From Waddliaceae bacterium (GTDB lineage Bacteria; Chlamydiota; Chlamydiia; Chlamydiales; SLFE01): a stretch of DNA of 15,385 nucleotides. Shown here piece by piece: positions 1 to 7,485 of the stretch (the stretch's first letter is position 1; the number at the start of each line of letters is the position of its first letter). The notes beneath the pieces are model-generated. The model made no database searches. It saw nothing but the letters and a program-made list of their open reading frames with translations, and was not told where the DNA came from. The position numbers were made by a program, and so were the translations under genes. Location of the stretch: the NCBI GenBank assembly GCA_963783885.1, contig CAWAPJ010000034.1, forward strand, positions 1-15,385. Reading direction: 5' to 3'.

Positions 1-645
1 TCCTCTTTGACCATTCCATGAAAAGGGCACAGGAAAAAGAACTGCTGGAAATTCACCTGCATAACCTGCGCGATTATAATCCTCACAAGCATGGCCAGGT
101 AGACGACTATCAATATGGTGGCGGAGCCGGTATGGTAATGATGATAGAGCCGCTTGTCAATTGTATAGAAGCGCTCACCAATGAACGTAAGTACGATGAG
201 ATCATATACACAACGCCAGATGGAGAACAGTTCAAACAAAAAACCGCCAACCGACTTTCGCTGAGAGCAGAATCTACTCATTATTTGTGGCCATTATAAA
301 GGTATTGACGAAAGAGTACGAGAGCACTTCGTGGCATGGAATTGTCGATTGGTGATTACGTACTTTCAGGCGGTGAACTGGCTGTCTGCTGTGTTGGTAG
401 ATGCTATTGGCAGGCTGTTACCGGGCGTTTTGAATGATGAGACTTCTGCCCTTTTGGATATTCTTCCAGGACAACTTGCTAGCGCCACCCGTTTTATAGA
501 TCGACCGGCCACATTTCGCGATTGGAAAGTTCCGGAAGTACTGCTTTCAGGAAATTTTGCCAAAATTGACGAATGGCGAAACGAAAAATCTATGGAACGA
601 ACCAATACTCGCAGACCTGATTTATTGGAAGGCAATAATGACTGA
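1..645 (+). CDS. trmD: tRNA (guanine37-N1)-methyltransferase, 5'-truncated, about 5 frameshifts (probably sequencing errors; pseudogene not excluded)
   Basis: TrmD motifs are spread across frames: [14 protein letters not shown] and TPDGE (ORF 18..299), [20 protein letters not shown] (271-330), [15 protein letters not shown] (339-383), [29 protein letters not shown] (464-493), [26 protein letters not shown]...RRPDLL, TGA at 643-645. The CGHYKG, DETSAL and FQDNLL wording is what I recognise from Bacteroidota TrmD. Confidence 0.93.
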
Positions 646-736
646 TATTCTTGAGTTTATAAACAAATTTTACTAGCAAATACTAATTTATTTTAGAGCA
701 CCTCAATAGTATTTTTTACTATCGAAAAAGAATCAC

Positions 737-746
737 TATTTTTGCA
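737..746 (+). promoter_or_regulatory. Bacteroidota-type -7 promoter element (TAnnTTTG)
   Basis: TATTTTTGCA downstream of trmD matches the TAnnTTTG consensus of the Bacteroidota primary sigma factor. The motif is short and lies in AT-rich DNA. Confidence 0.45.
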
Positions 747-817
747 ATCGCTTTTGGAAAAAACGGAAGCACTCCCTTACAGCAATCAAACGTCTAACCA
801 AGTAGAGGAAAATATTT

Positions 818-839
818 AAAAAAAAAAAAAAAAAAAAAA
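818..839. repeat. 22-nt poly-A homopolymer, probable chimeric junction
   Basis: An uninterrupted run of 22 A separates the error-rich trmD segment from the clean downstream ORFs. Confidence 0.85.
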
Positions 840-897
840 CCCGTATTGCTAAATTTAGTTTTATGTAGAATGTAATCTGTTTCTATTGGGGTAAAAA

Positions 898-1890
898 ATG
901 AGCTCAATATTTCAAGATGGTTTTACTTATACTCAGGCTTCTCTGTCTTTAGAGAGAACCCTTGAAAAATTTAATCACCAAAAATTCGGTTATAAGCGAT
1001 GGATTGTCTCGTTTTTTTGGTCTCCAAGCCTTCAGAGTACCATAGAAAAAATACAAAGGCTTCAGACAATTTTGCCTGACGAAGAGAGCCCGGTTTCATG
1101 CGCTTTTATTCAATTGCTCGCGGAGCATCTAACTGATGAAGACATCCACTGCATGAATTTTTCTCAGCTTGATGCTTTGAGAAGGGTGAGAAAAATTGAC
1201 GACAAAGAGTTAAGCGAGAGTCAGAGGAATTTGTACGCTACCCATAAAAATTTTGAGTGCGTAAAAAATGAATTGGATCTTCGTTCCGCAGAATCTCTAT
1301 TCGAAACCTCTATCTCAAAAATGTCAAAGGAGCTTTTGGCGGCTTTAAAAGTTGAGGCCATAGATATTTTAAGGACAATTTTATCGAGGAAAGGATATTC
1401 AAAGTTTACTGAGGATGATATCGAAGATATACTCAATAACATTTCCAGCGGAAAATCCTTGAATGTTTCTTTGAAAGAACGCTTCCCTCCAGATGTCAAA
1501 CTATTTGTCAATGGCGAAAACTTTCATGTAAACAAAATGGCCCTTTCGAGTTCAAGCGGATGGTTTAAAGAACTTTTCGATTCTGCGCCAGAGCAAGGAG
1601 AGTTTTACATATGGGAAAATGACCTTGAGGGATTTAAGTTGTTGATTTCTTATCTTATAGGGCAAACCGTTGAGATTTCAAAGGGTCACGAGGCAATGTT
1701 TCGAATTTATGAGCAAGCAGTGAAATATCGTGTGCGGTCACTTATTGATCTTTATGATTTAAAAATAACTGAATGTTATGACTGCTTTAACCGGAAGGAA
1801 AAAGTTAAAATTTTGAAATCTTATCCCGAGATGAGGGCCTTTAGGAAGTTGTTTGATCGCGATTATTTAGATGTTCTTAAAGGGAAATAG
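898..1890 (+). CDS. BTB/POZ domain-containing protein, candidate host-directed effector
   Basis: 330 aa. The C-terminal region (~1486-1770) DVKLFVNGENFHVNKMALSSSSGWFKELF...FKLLISYL...AVKYRVRSL fits the BTB pattern DVxLxVxGxxFxxHKxxLxxxSxxFxxxF...FxxLLxYL...AxKYxVxxL. The N-terminal ~195 aa are unrecognised. Confidence 0.8.
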   Translation: MSSIFQDGFTYTQASLSLERTLEKFNHQKFGYKRWIVSFFWSPSLQSTIEKIQRLQTILPDEESPVSCAFIQLLAEHLTDEDIHCMNFSQLDALRRVRKIDDKELSESQRNLYATHKNFECVKNELDLRSAESLFETSISKMSKELLAALKVEAIDILRTILSRKGYSKFTEDDIEDILNNISSGKSLNVSLKERFPPDVKLFVNGENFHVNKMALSSSSGWFKELFDSAPEQGEFYIWENDLEGFKLLISYLIGQTVEISKGHEAMFRIYEQAVKYRVRSLIDLYDLKITECYDCFNRKEKVKILKSYPEMRAFRKLFDRDYLDVLKGK

Positions 1891-2263
1891 ATTATCTCTT
1901 CTAACAATTTTCTTAAGTAATATTGAAACGATGGAATTATCTCTTTTGGAAAGCCGGAAATATTTAGCCGATTGCGCTTTGGATCTAGTGTCGAAGCAAA
2001 AGGAGTCGGCTGATAACTTTATCCTTGTCCAACAAGAATTTGTCCGCATCATTTCCGATGACAAAATAAAAAAGGCGTTATATAAAAGGGCAGCCCTTTC
2101 ATCAAGTCCCTTTTTATCCCAGCTGGAGGTAAAAGCTGCTGCTGATGGAGTGCTTCTTGACGCGATTGCAAATTATTACATTGATCATCCCGAGCATAAA
2201 AAATATCTGTCTTCTGAACTTAAGGCCAGGATTAAAGCACTTAGCGTATCTATGATGGTTTAA
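1871..2263 (+). CDS. hypothetical protein (start may be ATG 1931)
   Basis: The open frame fills the gap between the BTB gene and the convergent ORF. Composition is plausible for a helical protein, but no motif was recognised. Confidence 0.55.
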   Translation: MFLKGNRLSLLTIFLSNIETMELSLLESRKYLADCALDLVSKQKESADNFILVQQEFVRIISDDKIKKALYKRAALSSSPFLSQLEVKAAADGVLLDAIANYYIDHPEHKKYLSSELKARIKALSVSMMV

Positions 2264-2822
2264 TTTTTTTGATGTGGCTGAGGACGAATGCCATCGGGGT
2301 CTCTTCTTCCGGCCTCGGAAGGACTAGGCCCTCGTCCAATTTTTTCTGATACTCATGAAGTATCTCGGCAAAATGAGCTTTGACAAATTCTTCAGTGATT
2401 TCAATTTCAGGCAACAGTTCAAGCTTTTCTTCAATTTTTTTTCTGAGCTTCTCTTTCTGCTTTCGGGATTTTATCACTTTGATTTCCTGGGTGGTGAGCT
2501 CTTTTAGCCGCTTGACTTTCTCGTTTGTTTCTTCATCTTCAAAAACATGCTTGCAAATTTCGATCATTTTCAAATTTAATTCTTCCAATTCATCATCTGT
2601 CAGTGGTTCAAGATTGACTCGTCTCCATTCCTCCCGGGACGCAGTGTCCTGAGTCATATCGGTACTTCCCTCGAGAACCTTGAAAAAGTTATCGTCTCCT
2701 TTCTTGGGCTGAATCGGCTTGGGTCCTTTGGGCTTTTTCTTTTTCCCCTTGGACTTAGGGGGCTTTGGCCTGAATCCGACCACAGCCTTATAGAACCATC
2801 TTGGGCTTTGTGCTTCTGCCAT
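2250..2822 (-). CDS. hypothetical protein with Lys/Pro-rich N-terminus and charged coiled-coil-like region
   Basis: 190-aa ATG-started ORF with AAGG upstream. It contains RPKPPKSKGKKKKPKGPKP followed by an E/K-rich helical part. Confidence 0.75.
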   Translation of the reverse strand: MAEAQSPRWFYKAVVGFRPKPPKSKGKKKKPKGPKPIQPKKGDDNFFKVLEGSTDMTQDTASREEWRRVNLEPLTDDELEELNLKMIEICKHVFEDEETNEKVKRLKELTTQEIKVIKSRKQKEKLRKKIEEKLELLPEIEITEEFVKAHFAEILHEYQKKLDEGLVLPRPEEETPMAFVLSHIKKIKPS

Positions 2823-2896
2823 AAGGCTACCTTAACACAAATGCTTCTTGTTTTAAAAGTCTGCCTCTTATATCTCCAAAATGGGAGGAATCGATC

Positions 2897-3070
2897 ATGC
2901 TGGAAGCTTATTTTTCCATGGCCGTCCTTTTTGCCATTTTCCTGCTGGCAATGGTTGCTGTTTGGGCCAAATGGGACAACTTAGCGATACTCATCGTCAT
3001 TGTCAATCTCATTCTTTGTTCGTTAATGCTTTATTACCATATGGATACAGTGGTGGATATCAGGCTATGA
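2897..3070 (+). CDS. small two-TM membrane protein (DUF5993-like), absent from the ORF track
   Basis: GGAGG at 2884-2888 precedes ATG 2897. It translates as MLEAYFSMAVLFAIFLLAMVAVWAKWDNLAILIVIVNLILCSLMLYYHMDTVVDIRL (57 aa). Its TGA overlaps the DsbB ATG (ATGA, 3067-3070). The family name is recalled from small genes found upstream of this DsbB subfamily. Confidence 0.8.
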   Translation: MLEAYFSMAVLFAIFLLAMVAVWAKWDNLAILIVIVNLILCSLMLYYHMDTVVDIRL

Positions 3071-3579
3071 ATGCTTTTGCCGCAAATATCAACGCACTGA
3101 TCATCTTAATCATTTCCGGTGTTCTTATATCGGCATTCGGAGTGCAGATCCTTTTACAGGAGCAGCCCTGTCCCCTTTGTTTTCTTCAAAGGCTCGGAAT
3201 GATCGGTGTGGCGCTTGGACTAATGATGAACCTGAGGTTCGGGATCAAGATGAAGCATTACGGCCTCTCACTCTTCAGCTGTGTTTTCGGCGCTTCCGTG
3301 GCGATCAGGCAGACGTTTCTTCATATTTGTCCCTCTGAGCCTTCGTTCGGCATGCCTGTATTGGGTCTGAGTCTTTGGATCTGGTCATTTTTGGTTTTTG
3401 TCTGCTCGATTCTGGCGATTGCCCTTTTGCTTTTCCTTTACGTGCCGAGTTCTGAAGACCAAGACATTCAAAAGATGAACTGGTTCGGCATACTCGCTGT
3501 CTGGGTGCTGGCGCTCGTTGTCTTCTTCAATATTTTGACATCGCTGCATCTTTGCGGCCTGGGCCCTTGCTCAGGTTAA
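3067..3579 (+). CDS. disulfide bond formation protein B family (DsbB/DsbI-like)
   Basis: QPCPLCFLQR motif after the first TM helix, RQTFLHICP, multiple TM segments and a C-terminal CGLGPC. The true start is probably ATG 3067 (170 aa), not 2881. Confidence 0.9.
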   Translation: MNAFAANINALIILIISGVLISAFGVQILLQEQPCPLCFLQRLGMIGVALGLMMNLRFGIKMKHYGLSLFSCVFGASVAIRQTFLHICPSEPSFGMPVLGLSLWIWSFLVFVCSILAIALLLFLYVPSSEDQDIQKMNWFGILAVWVLALVVFFNILTSLHLCGLGPCSG

Positions 3580-3605
3580 TATCTTTGCGTTAATATATAT
3601 TTTAT

Positions 3606-4985
3606 ATGCGGCTTTTTTTTCTTTTATTTTTAATTTGTGTTCACTTTGCCGAGGCCCGTGAGGTCTTCACGCTGGAAAGGGCGATCGAGCAGGCCCTTCA
3701 ATGCAATCGAACGATACTCGGCTCCTACGACAATGTGCAAAACGCCCTTTTGGGCGTGGCCAAAAGCAAGACTGAGTTCGATTATAAAATCGCTCCAATT
3801 CTCAGAACCGGAATCGGCGACGGCATTCTTGAAGGAGAGGGATTTAAATATGGCGGAGGCGTGGAGTTTTCGAAAAAGCTTTTTCAGGGAACATCCCTTA
3901 AGGTCGTGCCTCAGGCTTACTCGACTGACGGAAAATGGTGCACCGATGTCAACATCAGACTGACTCAGCCGATTCTAAGAGGCTTCGGCGCTGATGTGAA
4001 TCTAAGCCGGGTGCTCTCTTCGGAGTTTTCCCATCGCGCTGCGGTTAGAAACTTTTACTTAACGCAAGTGAAAGTTGTCTTGCAGACAATCCAGGGAGTC
4101 TATGAAGTGGTGAAGCAACGGGAAAATCTCCGCATCAGCCGCGATTCCTTTTTGCGGCTTTCGGGATTTAAAGAATCGGCCGAGGTTAAAGAAAAACTGG
4201 GCCTTGCCGATCAGACCGATGTTCTCAGGGCTGAAATCGAGATGAAAACCGCCGAGGAATCGCTTGTTGCCGCCGAAGAGCTCTTCCGGCAGGCTGCCGA
4301 CAATCTTAAGTTGATCCTGGCCCTGCCTATGGACCTCGATATCGATGTCGAAGCGCCCCTCGAGTTTCATACTGTCGAGGTCGACATGGACCAAATGATT
4401 GAAACGGCCCTCGCAAGGCGCATTGAAATTAAACAGGCTGTAGACAAATATTCCGAAACGTGCCGCCTGAGCAAAGTAGCGAAAAACAGTTTGTGGCCAG
4501 ATCTGAACCTCGTTGTCAACTATGTCAATTCCGAATGCGATGAGAGCTTTACAAGCTCTGTGGTCAAATGCTGCCAGGGAACGACATGGGGCGTCGGCGT
4601 GACAACAAATGGCAATATCGACTATGCTTCGAATCGCTTGAGCTACGAGCAAAGCCGCCTGGAAGTGATTAGCGCAAGCCGTGAGATCGATCAGGTTCGA
4701 GCCGCCGTGGTCAATGAAGTGAAAAGGCAGCTGCTGGCAATGGAAAAAGCGTGGCAGAGCATCGAGCTTAAGCGGGAGCAGATTGCTAAAGCCGAGCAGA
4801 ACGTGAAGCTTTCCCGAATCAAGTTCGACCACGGACTGATCAACAATTTTGATGTGATTGCTCCGGAAAAAACAATTCTCAGTTCGGAAAAAGCTTTGAT
4901 CGCATCCATTGTCGATCATATTTTAGCTGAATACCGGCTGACAGCCGCAATGGGTTTGATGCTCGATGATGCTTGCATTTATTAA
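3606..4985 (+). CDS. TolC-family outer membrane efflux protein
   Basis: Signal peptide ending AEA, TLERAIEQAL start, LTQPILRGFG, two OEP-like repeats (GLADQTDVLRAE; GLINNFDVIA) and LWPDLNL. Confidence 0.9.
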   Translation: MRLFFLLFLICVHFAEAREVFTLERAIEQALQCNRTILGSYDNVQNALLGVAKSKTEFDYKIAPILRTGIGDGILEGEGFKYGGGVEFSKKLFQGTSLKVVPQAYSTDGKWCTDVNIRLTQPILRGFGADVNLSRVLSSEFSHRAAVRNFYLTQVKVVLQTIQGVYEVVKQRENLRISRDSFLRLSGFKESAEVKEKLGLADQTDVLRAEIEMKTAEESLVAAEELFRQAADNLKLILALPMDLDIDVEAPLEFHTVEVDMDQMIETALARRIEIKQAVDKYSETCRLSKVAKNSLWPDLNLVVNYVNSECDESFTSSVVKCCQGTTWGVGVTTNGNIDYASNRLSYEQSRLEVISASREIDQVRAAVVNEVKRQLLAMEKAWQSIELKREQIAKAEQNVKLSRIKFDHGLINNFDVIAPEKTILSSEKALIASIVDHILAEYRLTAAMGLMLDDACIY

Positions 4986-6396
4986 TAAAAAATCACTTTT
5001 CCTGATACCGGCAATTTTCTTGCTGGCGGGGTTTGCTCGGCTTGCGATTCCCCAAAAGGAAACAATCGATATTCTGACGGCAAAAGCGGAAGCCAAAACT
5101 TTTGATGTGACTGTCAAAACCGTCGGTGTTTTGGAAGCGAAAAATTCTGTCGTCCTTTTCTCCGCGATTAAAGGGGACCTAGGAAAGATCATCGATCTTG
5201 TCGGCGATGGAACTCATGTGAACGAAAATGATGTTGTCGTTCGCCTCGATCCCGCTCCTTTTGAGCATAAACTCGAAGAGGTTGAAGCGAAGATCAGGGA
5301 GCAGCAGGCAGCTATAGAAGGTTTCAAGCAGGGGCTTGCCCAGGAAAAAGACAGATCCGTTTTGGAAGAGAAGGCGGCTGAATATGAACTCGAAAACGCC
5401 CTTGTCGAACGCGACAAAATCGTAATGGGCGACGGCCCGATGGAGGAGGTCAAGCTCAAAAGGGCTTTGGACAAAGCTGAAGGTCAATATCTCGAGCTTA
5501 AGGCATACGAGAATGAACTAGACAAGCTTGAAAAACAGGGCTTCTTAAGCCAGGGGGAGAAGAGGCAGGCCGTTAAAAAACTTGAGGATGCAAGGGAAAC
5601 TTATGAAGAGGCTAAAACCCAATACGAGAGCTTTGTTCACCATGTTTATCCCATGCAGGTGAAGAAAGCGGAAGTGAATTTGAAAAGAGCGGAAATCAAA
5701 TATGAGGACATTGTCAAATCGTCTGCCTATAAAGTGGCCAAATCCCGTCACTTACTCGATCAGGCCCTTCTGGGGATGAAATATCTCGAAAGACAGAAAA
5801 TAGAAGTTCTCGAAGAAATTCGAATGACGAAGATCAGGGCGCCGATGGCCGGGATGGCGGTCTTGAGGGAAGAATTCAGGTCGGGAGAAAAGAGAAAGCC
5901 GAGGGTGGGCGATGTCGCATTAAAAAACCAGCCGCTTCTCAACCTGCCCGATCTCAGCCGCATGGTTGTCAAAACAAAAGTGCGGGAAGTGGATCTGCAC
6001 AAAGTCTCTGTCGGCAAAAGCGCCAGCGTCGAGATCGACGCTTATCCGGGCTTAAGCCTTACGGGAAAAGTGTCCTCGATCGGCGTGCTCGCCTTATCCG
6101 ATTACGGCCGCACAAGCGAGAAGTACTTTGAAGTGAGGATTCTTCTCGATACTTTTGAAGAAGTTTTAAGGCCCGGAATGACAGCGAGAGTCTGCCTGCA
6201 TTCCGCAGCAGTGGAGGATAAAATCGCTATCCCTGTCAATGCCGTATTTATTAATGAAAGCGAGAGCTTCTGCTATAAAAAGTCGCAAGAGGGATTTACG
6301 CCCTATCCTGTCACATTAGGTTTGGCTAATGAGTCCTGGGTGGAAGTAAAATCAGGAATCGCAAGCGGCGATATCGTCTCTCTTCTGCCCAGATGA
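4966..6396 (+). CDS. efflux periplasmic adaptor / membrane fusion protein (MacA/HlyD-like) with long coiled coil
   Basis: N-terminal TM anchor, lipoyl half-motifs (GKIIDLVGDGTHVNENDVVVRLD; IRAPMAG), DAYPG...GKVSSI, LRPGMTARV, AIPVNAV and VEVKSGIASGD. Confidence 0.92.
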   Translation: MMLAFINKKSLFLIPAIFLLAGFARLAIPQKETIDILTAKAEAKTFDVTVKTVGVLEAKNSVVLFSAIKGDLGKIIDLVGDGTHVNENDVVVRLDPAPFEHKLEEVEAKIREQQAAIEGFKQGLAQEKDRSVLEEKAAEYELENALVERDKIVMGDGPMEEVKLKRALDKAEGQYLELKAYENELDKLEKQGFLSQGEKRQAVKKLEDARETYEEAKTQYESFVHHVYPMQVKKAEVNLKRAEIKYEDIVKSSAYKVAKSRHLLDQALLGMKYLERQKIEVLEEIRMTKIRAPMAGMAVLREEFRSGEKRKPRVGDVALKNQPLLNLPDLSRMVVKTKVREVDLHKVSVGKSASVEIDAYPGLSLTGKVSSIGVLALSDYGRTSEKYFEVRILLDTFEEVLRPGMTARVCLHSAAVEDKIAIPVNAVFINESESFCYKKSQEGFTPYPVTLGLANESWVEVKSGIASGDIVSLLPR

Positions 6397-6783
6397 GAAG
6401 TAATTCCAAATTTTTTCGCCAAGCGCCGATAGGCCGATTGCCGCATATTGGATCGTAAATAACACCGCAGTATTCTTTTTCCAGTTGGTATCGCCTTGAA
6501 TGATGCTTTGGATTTTTCCAACTCCAATAGATGCGGACAAGATAACAGCACATTCAATCACTTTAATGATTGTGTCCTGATAGGGATGCTTCTTTTTTAA
6601 AATCCCCGAAATTTCTCCCATATCATAAAGGACATAGGGAATCGTGCGCAGTACAAAGTGACCCACTGTCCATGTCGTAATGACTGAAGGATCTGATTTG
6701 GTGAGGAGGATGAGTTGAGGAGTAGTTACTCCGTTTACTGCTGTGCTTGCCGCTAACGCTTCAATTGGTATCGAATTCATCAT
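6352..6783 (-). CDS. hypothetical, probably membrane-associated protein lying antisense inside the exporter cluster
   Basis: On the minus strand, GGAGG-caa-ATG-ATG marks a start at 6783 or 6780. The ~143-aa open frame fills the 423-nt gap between the MFP and ATPase genes and has hydrophobic stretches (IIKVIECAVILSASIGVG; AVLFTIQYAAIGLSALG). Confidence 0.7.
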   Translation of the reverse strand: MMNSIPIEALAASTAVNGVTTPQLILLTKSDPSVITTWTVGHFVLRTIPYVLYDMGEISGILKKKHPYQDTIIKVIECAVILSASIGVGKIQSIIQGDTNWKKNTAVLFTIQYAAIGLSALGEKIWNYFSSGQKRDDIAACDS

Positions 6784-6813
6784 TTGCCTCCATTTATTTT
6801 TTTCTGATACATT
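6784..6813 (+). promoter_or_regulatory. candidate sigma70/sigma66 promoter giving a possibly leaderless ABC ATPase mRNA
   Basis: TTGCCT (6784-6789), 18-nt spacer, then TACATT (6808-6813) preceded by TG at 6805-6806 (extended -10). The predicted +1 falls at about 6820, the A of the ATG, and there is no SD upstream. Confidence 0.35.
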
Positions 6814-6819
6814 AGCAGA

Positions 6820-7485
6820 ATGCAAAATATTGGAAAACCTTTAATTGACGTTCAATCTATTTGGAAAACTTATCCGATGAAGTCAGGCGATGTGACGGCT
6901 CTTGAGGATGTGACTTTGTCGATTCAAAAAGGGGAATACGTTGTTTTTATGGGTCCTTCCGGTTCGGGCAAGTCCACATTGATGCATATTATCGGCTGTC
7001 TCGACACTCCCTCAATCGGAAAGTATTGCTTAAACGGCGATCCCGTCGAAGTTCTTTCTGATGACGAGTTGTCGAGGATAAGAAACCGTTTGATCGGATT
7101 TATTTTTCAATCGTTTCATCTGATCCCTCAGCTGACAGTGAAGGAGAATGTCGAGCTGCCGTTTTTATACAATGGGCGCCAAGGCAGCGGAGAGGCGGCT
7201 CTTGAAAAGGTGGGGATGGCCCACCGCCTGAATCACTGCCCTTCCGAATTATCCGGCGGCGAGAGGCAGCGGACGGCGATTGCAAGAGCCATTGCGGCAG
7301 AGCCTCTTATTCTTCTTGCCGACGAACCGACAGGAAACCTCGATTCGGTGACAGGGGATAGCATTTTGGACCTTTTTGACGAGCTTCACCGGGAAGGCAA
7401 AACTATTGTGATGGTCACTCACGATGACAAGGTGGCCGGAAGAGGGAAGAGAATTATTCATTTAAAAGACGGAAAAATTTTGTGA
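6820..7485 (+). CDS. ABC transporter ATP-binding protein, MacB/LolD family
   Basis: Walker A GPSGSGKST, IGFIFQSFHL Q-loop, LSGGERQR signature, Walker B ILLADEPTGNLD and VTHD. Confidence 0.96.
   Translation: MQNIGKPLIDVQSIWKTYPMKSGDVTALEDVTLSIQKGEYVVFMGPSGSGKSTLMHIIGCLDTPSIGKYCLNGDPVEVLSDDELSRIRNRLIGFIFQSFHLIPQLTVKENVELPFLYNGRQGSGEAALEKVGMAHRLNHCPSELSGGERQRTAIARAIAAEPLILLADEPTGNLDSVTGDSILDLFDELHREGKTIVMVTHDDKVAGRGKRIIHLKDGKIL

Noticed and set aside
240..505. Programmed frameshifting or RNA editing in trmD
   Set aside because: Five irregular indels without slippery sites at a contig end fit sequencing error far better.
818..839. Poly-A tail of a retroelement or processed mRNA
   Set aside because: The upstream sequence is a bacterial gene with a bacterial promoter motif, and I see no target-site duplication or reverse transcriptase.
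846..871. TTGCTA...TAGAAT promoter for the BTB gene
   Set aside because: The spacer is only 14 nt and the site abuts the suspect poly-A junction.
2881..3066. 62-aa N-terminal extension of DsbB in the ORF track
   Set aside because: It is better explained as the shadow of the 57-aa gene in another frame, which has its own SD and ATGA coupling.
4059..4919. 286-aa antisense ORF, and similar ones at 7626-8174, 11823-12356, 12496-12963 and 13905-14390
   Set aside because: All lie opposite well-supported genes and have no recognisable motifs, so they are shadow frames.
3565..6370. C-terminal CaaX prenylation motifs as substrates for the CPBP protease (PCSG, ACIY, ACDS)
   Set aside because: In each protein the Cys is third from the C-terminus, not fourth.
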